Source: Candidatus Pacearchaeota archaeon (lineage in GTDB: Archaea; Nanobdellota; Nanobdellia; Pacearchaeales; GW2011-AR1). Taken from it: a DNA stretch of 30,757 nucleotides. The translations under genes and the position numbers were made by a program. Below, piece after piece: positions 1-9,093 of the stretch (its first letter is position 1; the number at the start of each line of letters is the position of its first letter). The stretch is from contig JAGVWT010000016.1 in the NCBI GenBank assembly GCA_018304175.1, positions 1 to 30,757 on the forward strand, read 5' to 3'. Under the pieces are notes generated by a model that saw only the letters and a list, made by a program, of their open reading frames with translations, searched no databases and had not been told where the DNA came from.

Positions 1-24
1 AAACTTGAAGAATTGGTTGATTAG

Positions 25-1416
25 TTAAAGAGCAAAATAGTTTATGGATTTACTTATTTTATAAACAAATTCACCTTTATTATTTTCAACCCTTTGAAAA
101 TGTAAATCTTCTCTCCCTACACCATACATAGTTTGCCCTTCTAATCTTTCTTGGACAAACCTTTTTCCTTCATCTAAAGAACCAACAACTTTCATATCAG
201 CTAATATATTAGCTAATGCATCTAAAGAGTGGTATACATGACCCGACGTTTCTAATCCAAAAAACTCAGCAAATCTTTTCTTCGGGAAAATTCTTCTTTT
301 AAAAAGGTATAATCCTTCATCCCCAAATTTATGGTAAGTTTCAAAATGTCTTTTCTCCGCAGCAAGTGTTTCAGAATATCTTTTATCCTCAGCACGGAAT
401 ACTGCTGTCATATCAACTCCATGAGATTTCTTTATCATTTCACCAACTACTTCAACTAACTCCCTCGGCAAAGGTTTTAGATATGTTTTTACAAGTGGTT
501 TCCATTCTTCAATACCATTTTTCTCTGCTTCTTTTTTTGCTCTTTGAACATCTCTTACCCAATCTGGCTGTAATAACTCATGAGCCCTTCTCAAAATTTC
601 TTTACTAACTTGCTTGCCATTAAACAGGAATCTGTTTTCGTCAAGAGTTCCAAAAACATCTGCGAACATAATATTTCCATCAAAATAAACAAACTCAAAT
701 TTTCCATCATAATCTGTTAAACCAACATTTTTCGTTCTTTTTCCAATAATATCAACACCCACATTCCTTAGCCTTTTTAATTCGTCAAATTGTGAGATTG
801 TCAAACCAGAAATTACATATGCTTCTTCATCCGTCAAGTTCCTATCTTTCTTTTCAAATTTCGTCGTGAAGTTGTAAACTGGTTTTGGAAACATATCTCC
901 AGGACTTGGCATTTTACTTAATCCAATACTATCTAAAAGTTCTTCCAATTCTTTTTCTTTTCCTTCGCTGTCTAACTGCCTTAATTTTTTAAGCAAAGAG
1001 CTTCCTTCTGGAACACCTCTTCTGTAAATAACTTCCAACGGCACAACAAAATTGTTTACTCTTCTATGTTCTGGGAAAAATTCAAGATAGTTATATTCAC
1101 CATCTAAAAAAAGTGGTTTTACCACATTCGCTAACTTAACAAGCATTCTATTACCAGGAGATGATATACGTTCTATTGATGTTGGGTATCCGGATTTATC
1201 AAAAATTCCACAGTAGTGGGATTTGGCTATTTTTTTGTCAATTAATTCAAAATTTAAAGACGCCATTGTACAAAGCGCTGCACCTTTGTTTGGGATTTCG
1301 TCAGGCATTTCCCCCCAATCAAAAACAGAATACCTATCTGAAAAACTGAAAACACCAACCCCTAATTCATTTTCAGTTGGTTTTGTATTAATTGTTAAGT
1401 CTTTTACACTTCCCAT
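25..1416 (-). CDS. purC: SAICAR synthetase (long archaeal type) with an extra ~136 aa C-terminal region
   Basis: N-terminus MGSVKDL...FSFSDRYSVFDWGEMPDEIPNKG, VPLEVIYR, FTTKFE, DGKFEF and ADVFGTLDENRF match archaeal PurC. The start overlaps the purE stop by 1 nt (TAATG). Confidence 0.9.
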   Translation of the reverse strand: MGSVKDLTINTKPTENELGVGVFSFSDRYSVFDWGEMPDEIPNKGAALCTMASLNFELIDKKIAKSHYCGIFDKSGYPTSIERISSPGNRMLVKLANVVKPLFLDGEYNYLEFFPEHRRVNNFVVPLEVIYRRGVPEGSSLLKKLRQLDSEGKEKELEELLDSIGLSKMPSPGDMFPKPVYNFTTKFEKKDRNLTDEEAYVISGLTISQFDELKRLRNVGVDIIGKRTKNVGLTDYDGKFEFVYFDGNIMFADVFGTLDENRFLFNGKQVSKEILRRAHELLQPDWVRDVQRAKKEAEKNGIEEWKPLVKTYLKPLPRELVEVVGEMIKKSHGVDMTAVFRAEDKRYSETLAAEKRHFETYHKFGDEGLYLFKRRIFPKKRFAEFFGLETSGHVYHSLDALANILADMKVVGSLDEGKRFVQERLEGQTMYGVGREDLHFQRVENNKGEFVYKISKSINYFAL

Positions 1417-1961
1417 TATTTATTTTTTTCCCACGCAAATATTCTACCTTGAAATCGCGAGTCATCTTGTTTTAGGTAATCACTCTTAATCAATATTCTT
1501 GAAGACAATAAACCTCTTATTTCATCATTAACTCCAGAATACATCTGCGCAACAAATCTCCCAACATTTTCTGGCTCGTATATTGTCGCATTTGAACTTC
1601 CTGAAGGATTTCTGAAACAAGAATCATTTTTCAAACCGTCAGGTGGGCAACTTATTACAGGATGTAAAGAAAGATATGATAAAATCCCTGATAAGGAATC
1701 TATTCCTCCTGCAACTGCAACAAAAACCATTGAACCAGCTACAGAATTATAAGCTTCAACAATATTCATGATTTCCTTTGGCTGTTTGTGCGCTGAACAA
1801 ACTCTTGCGAGGTTTGGAATATTATATCTTCCTAAAGATTTCACAATTTTTTCCACATGTTCTCCATCGCTTCCAGAACCAGCAATAATAACAGCACAAC
1901 CTAATTTTGATTTTATTCTATTTTCAAATTCAATATCTATCTGACCATAATCTAAAGTCAT
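1416..1961 (-). CDS. purE: AIR carboxylase family protein (PurE, class II/PAICS-like)
   Basis: IIAGSGSD, RVCSAHK, VFVAVAG and PVISCPP match PurE. SAHK and FVAVAG resemble the animal PAICS AIRC domain. Confidence 0.85.
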   Translation of the reverse strand: MTLDYGQIDIEFENRIKSKLGCAVIIAGSGSDGEHVEKIVKSLGRYNIPNLARVCSAHKQPKEIMNIVEAYNSVAGSMVFVAVAGGIDSLSGILSYLSLHPVISCPPDGLKNDSCFRNPSGSSNATIYEPENVGRFVAQMYSGVNDEIRGLLSSRILIKSDYLKQDDSRFQGRIFAWEKNK

Positions 1962-2062
1962 AGATTTTTTTACTAAAAATACTATTTAAGCATTTATGTA
2001 TCAAATCATAATTATTGAGGATGGGATTTTCTTTTAGAAATGGTAGAAAAAATTATTTAGTC

Positions 2063-2192
2063 TTGCTTCACTCCGTTTCGCTCAAAATTCCACTAATGTC
2101 TGAATTTTTCGCATTAAATACTTTTTAGCGAAAAACTTAATGAAGTAAGTTTGGAACTGCATTAATCAACTAGGACGAATGTGCGAGCGATT
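2063..2192 (-). repeat. Multi-hairpin intergenic element, family A, copy 1
   Basis: 2128-2152 matches the reverse complement of 16957-16981 at 23/25. The reverse complement of 2065-2083 matches 17042-17060 at 15/19. Motif order is conserved. Confidence 0.75.
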
Positions 2193-2208
2193 TAATGGAC
2201 AACTAATT

Positions 2209-2667
2209 TTATTGAGAAACAGCTTCCAATGGTTTTTCAACATCTGCTTTTTTGTTTTGGTCAGGGAAAATTTCTGAAAGTTTTTTTGAACCTTCTTTCA
2301 AAATTTTCAAATTAATCTGAACGATTTCTGGAGATATTGTATTTCCCCTCACGGTTTTTCTCAACTTCAAACCTTTAGGCCTATTCTTGCTTCTTTTTCT
2401 TTTCCCTTCTTTCTTAGGCCTTTTTTTCATTCCTTTTCCATAGGTCAAAAGAATTCTTTTCAAACCGATTCCTTCAACATTTTCCATAGACGTAAAACCG
2501 GCTTTGTCACTGAGACCTGTAATCTGAAATTCGTAAGCATTCAGTTCAGGAGAAATCTCTGTTCCGGCAATTTTGTCTTTTAGAATTTTCCCAATAAGCT
2601 CTTCGTTATCAATATCTAAGTGAAATGTCTTTCCTGTCTTTTCTGAAATATTTACTTTGAAAACCAT
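2209..2667 (-). CDS. rps6e: 30S ribosomal protein S6e
   Basis: FKVNISE..TGKT, FQITGLSDKAGF and RKTVRGNTIS..IVQINLKI are S6e motifs. Confidence 0.93.
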   Translation of the reverse strand: MVFKVNISEKTGKTFHLDIDNEELIGKILKDKIAGTEISPELNAYEFQITGLSDKAGFTSMENVEGIGLKRILLTYGKGMKKRPKKEGKRKRSKNRPKGLKLRKTVRGNTISPEIVQINLKILKEGSKKLSEIFPDQNKKADVEKPLEAVSQ

Positions 2668-2672
2668 GCTTA

Positions 2673-3431
2673 TTAATTAGGAAATGAGTTTTTAAGAGTT
2701 TCCCTCTTTGCACCGATAAAAATCAGTAGCAAAGAAATCAGTAAAACTAATATTGTTATGGTTTCATAGTCAAATGAGTTTTGTTCATAAACAGAGAAGC
2801 CTGTCATGTAAGATGCTAGAAAAAATATTGTTGTGATTACTCCCATTGAGCCGATTATCAGCATCATCTGGCTCTTGGATTTTTCCTCTAAAGAAGAAGG
2901 ATTTTTTTTGAGTTTTGCAATTTCTTCTGTCAATTCACTAATTTGTGTTGAAAGTTTTTCTCTTTCTTTCTTATCTCTTATTCTCTCTTTTTGGTCTTCC
3001 AAAAGGAGCATTTTTTGTCTGTGTGCCTCAACAGATTTTATAGTTTGCTTTCCTGCTCCATAACCAGCGCCGATAATTGTTCCTGATGTCACGGGATTTT
3101 CATGCGCTAAATTTTGAAAGTAATCAAAAAAACCCCTTCTTGAGATTGTTTCTGGAATTTCTTGAATTGCAGGAGTTTCTTCTCTTCTCAGAAAAAAGTT
3201 TGTTACATTTTCTGCAGCATTTTCAATTGTGTCAACAGCAGTGTTGATGCTTCCTGTCACGTTTCTGTATGCATCTCTTCCTACCCTGTAAACTTGTCCT
3301 GCTATATTTCCAGCAGTTCCGTAAATTCCTGAAACTGCTAAAATCCTTCCACCATAGCTGGCTCTCGCAAGAAATTCTCTTCGACTCACATCTTTTTCAG
3401 ACTTCTCTTTTTTTGTTTTTTTTCTGACCAT
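2673..3431 (-). CDS. Hypothetical membrane protein (two SRRxF motifs, coiled coil, two C-terminal TM helices)
   Basis: 252 aa ORF containing SRREFL and SRRGFF, a charged coiled coil and hydrophobic C-terminal segments. Confidence 0.7.
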   Translation of the reverse strand: MVRKKTKKEKSEKDVSRREFLARASYGGRILAVSGIYGTAGNIAGQVYRVGRDAYRNVTGSINTAVDTIENAAENVTNFFLRREETPAIQEIPETISRRGFFDYFQNLAHENPVTSGTIIGAGYGAGKQTIKSVEAHRQKMLLLEDQKERIRDKKEREKLSTQISELTEEIAKLKKNPSSLEEKSKSQMMLIIGSMGVITTIFFLASYMTGFSVYEQNSFDYETITILVLLISLLLIFIGAKRETLKNSFPN

Positions 3432-3448
3432 ATAAATTTACTTGAATA

Positions 3449-3850
3449 TCAATATCGTGTTGGGTTTTTTATACCAAAGACGTCAATATAACCGCGTTCA
3501 TTTTTTCTCCAAGTAAATAACTTGTATGCTTCACTAAAATGATTAATAAATGACTCAAGTGTTGTTTCGTTTTCCGCAGAACCTATATGCTGTCGTTCTG
3601 GAAAACCCACAACATTAGATAGTCTTGTAGATGTTGGAGTTCTAAAATCAGAATCATCGTCAGAACCAACTAGTAATGGATCATAAATCAAACTGGAATT
3701 TCTTGGAGGTATCGAAGGACTATAAACTATATGCCTGCCCTTAGTTTCCAACACATCAGTTGTGATTTTTGGAGTTGGTTCTTCAGCAGTCCTCTTTCTC
3801 AAAAACTCAAGCCTTTCTAAAGGATTAGTTAAATCTTTGAGTGTTTTCAT
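3449..3850 (-). CDS. Hypothetical protein
   Basis: 133 aa ORF with an upstream TATA-like element (~3871-3881); no family recognised. Confidence 0.6.
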   Translation of the reverse strand: MKTLKDLTNPLERLEFLRKRTAEEPTPKITTDVLETKGRHIVYSPSIPPRNSSLIYDPLLVGSDDDSDFRTPTSTRLSNVVGFPERQHIGSAENETTLESFINHFSEAYKLFTWRKNERGYIDVFGIKNPTRY

Positions 3851-4049
3851 TTTATTTAAACGGTGAATTTGTATTTAAATTTTTTGTGCTTCACGTGTTC
3901 TGTCAAATCTTCGGTTGGTGAAAATTGAATAAAAGTTTAAAAGGAAGGAAGAATTAATTATTTTTAATGGGGCATTAAGGGATTAACTTGCTTGGAAAGA
4001 ATAAGCAACTCCTTAATGTTGAATTTAAATTATTAGGATTTTTGGGCTT

Positions 4050-4388
4050 TTAAACTTTTTTTAGATTTCTATATTCCACAATTCTTCCTTCTTTTTCTGC
4101 TCTATCTATTCCTCGCTTCATTCCATCAGTAATTCCATAATCAGTATAAACTATGGTTGCCTCTGCAATCTTGACCCATTCTAATCCTGCTTCAATTCCT
4201 AATCTTCTCTCATCTAGATTATTATCATCCAAAACCCCTTCTTGAGTGTAAAGAAGATGAGAAGCAAAAGGATAATCTCCTTTTATAAAACAATCCCTCA
4301 TACAAGCCCTTGCATATCTTAAATTTCTATCTAACTCTTCTTCTGTTTCTGCTTTATATGGGCTTTCCATAACAACTAATCTCGGCAT
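4050..4388 (-). CDS. Phage-associated protein of the DUF4406/nucleoside deoxyribosyltransferase-like group
   Basis: LVVMESPY, YARACMRDC, PFASHLLYTQ..LDD, ERRLGIEAGL and YTDYGITDGM resemble a family common in phages. Confidence 0.7.
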   Translation of the reverse strand: MPRLVVMESPYKAETEEELDRNLRYARACMRDCFIKGDYPFASHLLYTQEGVLDDNNLDERRLGIEAGLEWVKIAEATIVYTDYGITDGMKRGIDRAEKEGRIVEYRNLKKV

Positions 4389-4464
4389 ACAAAACTTAGA
4401 GATATTTTATTTTTAAAGATTTCTTTAGAATTTACCAACCGATTAATTAACAACACCAAACACC

Positions 4465-4479
4465 AAAAAGCTTATATAA
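4465..4479 (+). promoter_or_regulatory. Archaeal BRE-TATA promoter
   Basis: AAAAAGCTTATATAA ends 25 nt before the ATG at 4505. Confidence 0.6.
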
Positions 4480-4504
4480 CTTAGGAAACATATTTTGAAA
4501 TAAA

Positions 4505-5344
4505 ATGAATTATAAAATCGCTTTATCAGTGTTTGTGATTTCAATGTTTTTAGTTAGTACTGCATTTGTTTTGGCAAAGCCTGACTTAACATTCAGAGCA
4601 GTTGATGTCAATCCTTCAAAAGAACATGCTTCTGTAAACATTCCTGCAAATGCTATTGAAGTTTCACCAGATATCTTCAGTTTAGGAGCAACAACAGATA
4701 TCGACGGAAAAATTGTAGAGGGATTTATGATTATTGACAGGAAAAAAGAAAATGCAAAGCCACCATGGGCTGGGGGAAATAAAAATAGCGGCAACAAGTG
4801 TTACGAATTTTTGTCAAATGGAGCAAAGTGGAAAAATAATGAGTCATGGATTGTTAATACTTCAAATAATCAAGGATTAAACGATAGTTTTATCTTTGAC
4901 AATCTTGCTTCAAACATTTTTAAATGGGAAAATGCTTCTTCAGCTAATATACTCGGAGATGGAAACACAACAATATCAACTTTAGTCGCAGATACTCAAA
5001 GTCCTGATGGAGCAAATGAAGTTTATTTTGGAAGCATATCAGAAAACGGGGTTATCGCAGTAACAATTGTATGGGGTGTTTTCTATGGTCCACCAAGTCA
5101 AAGAGAGCTTGTAGAATGGGACCAAATTTATGACCAAGTAGATTTTAATTGGTCTTCAACAGGAGAAGCAAATAAGATGGACTTTGAAAACATAGCAACA
5201 CACGAACTTGGGCATAGTATTGGAATGGGACATCCGTCAAGCGAATGCATCGAAGAAACAATGTATGCGTATGCTGACTTTGGAGAGACAAAGAAAAGAA
5301 CCCTCAATACTGGAGATATAGAAGGCATTAGTGAATTGTATTAA
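4505..5344 (+). CDS. Secreted matrixin (M10/metzincin) metalloprotease
   Basis: Signal peptide, HELGHSIGMGH (HExxHxxGxxH) and Met-turn ETMY. Confidence 0.9.
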   Translation: MNYKIALSVFVISMFLVSTAFVLAKPDLTFRAVDVNPSKEHASVNIPANAIEVSPDIFSLGATTDIDGKIVEGFMIIDRKKENAKPPWAGGNKNSGNKCYEFLSNGAKWKNNESWIVNTSNNQGLNDSFIFDNLASNIFKWENASSANILGDGNTTISTLVADTQSPDGANEVYFGSISENGVIAVTIVWGVFYGPPSQRELVEWDQIYDQVDFNWSSTGEANKMDFENIATHELGHSIGMGHPSSECIEETMYAYADFGETKKRTLNTGDIEGISELY

Positions 5345-5364
5345 AGTTTAACAAGAAGAAAAAA

Positions 5365-5769
5365 ATGAATAAGAAAGGGAAATCAACAATTATTTTTGGG
5401 TTAATTGTAGTACTTGTCTTAGTAACTTTTGCAGCAGTAACAGTTCTCGCGTTTCACCCAGGTCAAAACAAAAATGGAGAAGTGCCTCAAGGACCTCACC
5501 AAACAGCTTGTGATAATCAGGGTAGACAGGGGATTAATATTGCAATAGAGAATGGTGGGATGGTACATTGTGGAGAAGTGCCACAATGTGTAGAAGTTTC
5601 CCCAGAGGAAATCCACTTTGGAGCGTGCACAGATATTTCCTTGATAGGTGAACTTAACATACTCCAATGCTGTACTCTAGAAGGTCCAGGAGGAATTGAT
5701 TGCGGAGCAAACCAAGAGTGGGTAGTAGGTGTTGCGGCTTTCCCTACTTGCTACATTTCAAATTCCTAA
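5365..5769 (+). CDS. Secreted Cys-rich hypothetical protein
   Basis: Basic N-terminus plus hydrophobic signal/anchor; 8 Cys in the mature region; 20 nt after the protease gene. Confidence 0.65.
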   Translation: MNKKGKSTIIFGLIVVLVLVTFAAVTVLAFHPGQNKNGEVPQGPHQTACDNQGRQGINIAIENGGMVHCGEVPQCVEVSPEEIHFGACTDISLIGELNILQCCTLEGPGGIDCGANQEWVVGVAAFPTCYISNS

Positions 5770-6020
5770 ATTTAAATATTGCAAGATTTGTATAAAGAAG
5801 GGGGCAATTCAGTAATTGGATTTGGATTGCCTATAGTGAGATAATAATCTTATTTTCCAATTCTTTTTAAAATATATTTTTGGTGATGGAAAACCCACAA
5901 CTAAACTATAGACACGACGACTTTGAGTTTTCTTTTTTAGAATGTCACGCTTTATTTGTATTAATCTCCCACCAGCTTTTTTCTTTCTTTCATTTGGATT
6001 ACATACGAATGACTGAAAAT

Positions 6021-7778
6021 TTATAATCCCCAATCGGATTTTTGCTTTCTTTTGATTTCAGCAATTTCCTGAAGGAGTGAAATTTCTGAAGATGATAAAA
6101 CATCTTTGTTTTTCTTTAGGTTTCTGAATTGGCTTTCCAGTAAATCCGAGTAGAGAAATGTTTCATTTTTTAACTGCCTTTCAAAATTCAATCCAGGAAT
6201 TGAAATTGCAACTTCCATTCCTTGACTAGCCTCTGAGACTGATTTATTTTCAGATTGGATGTTTTTTATTCTCCCAATTTTTTCGCCTTGGGAATTTATT
6301 AAATGTATTTCTGAAATCGCCTTTCCTGTTTCAACTCTAACGCCAAAAATTGCAGGTTTTGTATTTCTGAAAATAAATTGTGGCAAGATTCTCGTTTTAC
6401 ATAATATACTTAGTCCAAGAAGTTTTTCTTTCTCAATTTTCTTTCTTTTTTCTTCCCTAAATTTTTTTATGTTGTCTATAAGTTTGTATATTACATCTTC
6501 TGTAAGAATTTTTACTTCTCCGGACTTTCCTAAATTTGGAGAATCTTCATCGATTGAAACATTGAATCCTGCAATCAAAGCATCAAGAGGATTTATTTTC
6601 AGGTTTGCTTTCGCAGATGCAATGTCTGTTTTGTTGATTTGACCTATTCCTGCCTTGATAACGGGAATGTTGTTTTCCCTCAGTAAACTTAGCAATGCTT
6701 CCAAACTTCCTAATGAATCTGCCTTTGCTATAATCCCTTGCTTTTGTGTTTTTATGTTTTCAAGAATTTCTTTCTTGAATATTTTTTCAATTTCTTCGAG
6801 ATTGTTTTTGAAAACTATGAAAGGCATTCCTGGGAGAATGTCAAACTTCTCGATAAATTGTATTCTCATTCCTGTCGCTGCGTAGACTTTTTCTTTTGGC
6901 TGAAATTTGAAACTTAACGGGACTATCTCTTCAAGAATTCTTATTTTTGTGGCTCTTGGTTTTCCTTCAATGTCTGCGACTGCGATTTTGTCATCTTTTG
7001 ACAACGTTCCTGAGTAGAGTATTGACTCTGCAAAACTCATTGATTTTTCTTTTTTTATTTCCAAGATAACTCCTTTGCCATCTTCAGTTACTTCTAATCT
7101 TTTTTCAAGATACTTTTGACTCAAACCGCAAAGAACCATCATCAACTCTGATAAACCTTCTTTTGTTCTACAACTTATGGGAACAAGGGCAATTTTTTTT
7201 GAGAAGTCAGAAATGTTATAAAACAAATCAGCATCAAATCCAAAGCTGTTCAAAGAACCGATTAATGTTAAATATTTTTCATCAAAGTTTTGCCTGACAT
7301 TTATTGCCTGTAATTCAACTCTCTTCTTCAAATCTATGTCTTGAGATGAGAAGTTTTTCCAACCAGATATGTTATCAATTTTATTTAATACTATGATAAA
7401 AGGTGTTTTGTTCATTTTCAGGATTTGGATTACTTCTTGAGTTTGTGGTTTTATTCCTTCATTTATGTCAATGACTAAAATAGCTAAATCAGCAAGACTT
7501 CCTCCGCGCTTTCTTAAATTTGTAAAAGAAGCGTGTCCAGGGGTATCTATAAATAAAAATCCTGGAATTTTTAGACTGATCCCAAGTTTGTTTATAGCAG
7601 GAAAAAATTTCATTAATTGTTCTATTGGGTAAAGTGTGAACGAAATTTTTTGAGTTATCCCTCCTGCTTCTCCAGTTTGAACAGAACTTCCTCTAAGAGA
7701 ATCCAATAAACTAGTTTTCCCATGGTCTACATGACCTACAACCGCGACTATTGGCTGACGTATTTTTTTTGTTTCCAT
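6021..7778 (-). CDS. infB: Translation initiation factor aIF5B (IF-2)
   Basis: RQPIVAVVGHVDHGKTS, EAGGITQ, DTPGH, LRKRGGSLADLAILV and NKID. Start reassigned to the ATG at 7778 (METKKIRQP). Confidence 0.96.
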   Translation of the reverse strand: METKKIRQPIVAVVGHVDHGKTSLLDSLRGSSVQTGEAGGITQKISFTLYPIEQLMKFFPAINKLGISLKIPGFLFIDTPGHASFTNLRKRGGSLADLAILVIDINEGIKPQTQEVIQILKMNKTPFIIVLNKIDNISGWKNFSSQDIDLKKRVELQAINVRQNFDEKYLTLIGSLNSFGFDADLFYNISDFSKKIALVPISCRTKEGLSELMMVLCGLSQKYLEKRLEVTEDGKGVILEIKKEKSMSFAESILYSGTLSKDDKIAVADIEGKPRATKIRILEEIVPLSFKFQPKEKVYAATGMRIQFIEKFDILPGMPFIVFKNNLEEIEKIFKKEILENIKTQKQGIIAKADSLGSLEALLSLLRENNIPVIKAGIGQINKTDIASAKANLKINPLDALIAGFNVSIDEDSPNLGKSGEVKILTEDVIYKLIDNIKKFREEKRKKIEKEKLLGLSILCKTRILPQFIFRNTKPAIFGVRVETGKAISEIHLINSQGEKIGRIKNIQSENKSVSEASQGMEVAISIPGLNFERQLKNETFLYSDLLESQFRNLKKNKDVLSSSEISLLQEIAEIKRKQKSDWGL

Positions 7779-7825
7779 GAAAATAAGAGAAAAAGAAAGG
7801 ATTAAAAGGTTTTGGGAGAGAAAAA

Positions 7826-8083
7826 TCACTTCAATTTTTGATTTTTCAAACTTTCAGAAATTATTGAATTAACATCTTTTATCATCATTTCAACATCTTT
7901 GTCCTTGAGGCCATGGACTTTCGCACCTATTGCAATTGTGTCATGGTGTGAAAAATGACATCCAACGCAATGCAATCCATATCCTAAAAATATAGGAACT
8001 ATCTCAGGATACTTATCAATAATGTCATTTATCTTCATATCTTTCGTGACTAGCTGTTTTGATTCTTGTTTCATTTTGTTCAT
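7826..8083 (-). CDS. DUF1858 (HCP-associated redox disulfide) domain protein
   Basis: TKDMKINDIIDKYPE..IFLGYGLHCVGC pattern with CxxC. ATGA overlap with the sod stop; the true start may be 8074. Confidence 0.85.
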   Translation of the reverse strand: MNKMKQESKQLVTKDMKINDIIDKYPEIVPIFLGYGLHCVGCHFSHHDTIAIGAKVHGLKDKDVEMMIKDVNSIISESLKNQKLK

Positions 8084-8694
8084 CCCTGAATAGCTTTCAA
8101 GTAATTTTCATTGACTTTTTCCCAGTTTATGACTTTCAAGAAAGCGTCAACGTATTCTGGGCGTTTGTTTTGATATTTAAGATAATATGCATGCTCCCAA
8201 ACATCAACGACTAAAAGAGGAATTTTTCCCTGTGAGATTGGAGATTCCTGGTCGTGAGTTTGCATTATTTCTAGTTTTCTTGTTCTTGGATTCAAAACAA
8301 GCCATACCCAACCGCTACCAAAATGGCTAACCGCTGCGCCTTTGAATTTTTCAACAAAAACCTCGTAGCTTTGAAAATCTTTTTTTATTGCTTTCAAAAT
8401 TTCTCCATTTGGCTTTGAATTCTTTTTTAAAACTGTCCAAAAAAAAGAATGATTGAAATGTCCGCCACCGAAATTTCTCACAGCTGTCCTGATTGTCTCT
8501 GAAACTGAATCAATCTCTTTCAAAATTTCTTCAATAGGTTTGTCTAAAAGCTCCTCATGCCCAACAAGAGTTGTGTTGAGTTTGTCAACATAAGTTTGAT
8601 GATGCTTTCCGTAATGTATCTGCATTGTCTCCTTGTCTATGTAAGGCTCAAGCGCGTCATAGGCATAGGATAGTTTTGGTAATTCGTGTGCCAT
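8080..8694 (-). CDS. sodA: Fe/Mn superoxide dismutase, bacterial-like, Mn-type signature
   Basis: HELPKL.YAYDALEPYID, HYGKHH, GGGHFNHSFFW, FGSGWVWL and DVWEHAYY. GGG and the outer-sphere Gln (DQES) suggest Mn preference. Confidence 0.95.
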   Translation of the reverse strand: MAHELPKLSYAYDALEPYIDKETMQIHYGKHHQTYVDKLNTTLVGHEELLDKPIEEILKEIDSVSETIRTAVRNFGGGHFNHSFFWTVLKKNSKPNGEILKAIKKDFQSYEVFVEKFKGAAVSHFGSGWVWLVLNPRTRKLEIMQTHDQESPISQGKIPLLVVDVWEHAYYLKYQNKRPEYVDAFLKVINWEKVNENYLKAIQG

Positions 8695-8998
8695 ATTTTA
8701 AAGATTGTAAAGATTTTTATAAAGATTTTGGTTGTGTCAGTTCTGTATGTAAAAATTTGGATAAAAAACTAATTTTTCAGACAGAAAATAAATCAAAAAA
8801 AGGCATTTCCTTATTCCTTACTTTATCAAATTCCTTTTGTAATTTGTTTAAATCAATAGGAGATAAAGCAATCATCTTAGATATAAAACACAATCTTTAT
8901 TTAAATTTATTTAATCATTAAAGAATGGTTTACTTTTTTCAAAGGCTGGTTTGCACAAACACAGTAAATATTATTAAAACCTTCTTTCTTAAATTTTC

Positions 8999-9014
8999 AA
9001 GCCTCTGTGGCACA
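8999..9014 (+). repeat. Degenerate copy of the tRNA-Ser 5' end
   Basis: AAGCCTCTGTGGCACA versus AAGCCTCTGTCGCATA at 9092-9107 (14/16). Confidence 0.55.
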
Positions 9015-9016
9015 TG

Positions 9017-9055
9017 TTAAGACACCTACGGTTTCCTCACACTGACCTTCCCTTT
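9017..9055 (-). mobile_element. tRNA-associated mini-element, family B, copy 1
   Basis: Reverse complement AAAGGGAAGGTCAGTGTGAGGAAACCGTAGGTGTCTTAA aligns with 28557-28599 and 16757-16797. Mobility is inferred. Confidence 0.55.
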
Positions 9056-9093
9056 CAACAATATTAAAAAGAGAGTATACGACTTTCCATAAA

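Noticed and set aside
5809-6033. 74 aa basic ORF after infB
   Set aside because: TTG start inside infB, no promoter or recognisable family; may be a remnant but cannot be supported.
7779-7829. N-terminal extension of infB (also the extensions at 11013, 19327 and 28288)
   Set aside because: These extensions add poorly protein-like sequence ahead of the recognisable N-terminus, and some cover the promoter; downstream ATGs fit the family N-termini and TATA spacing.
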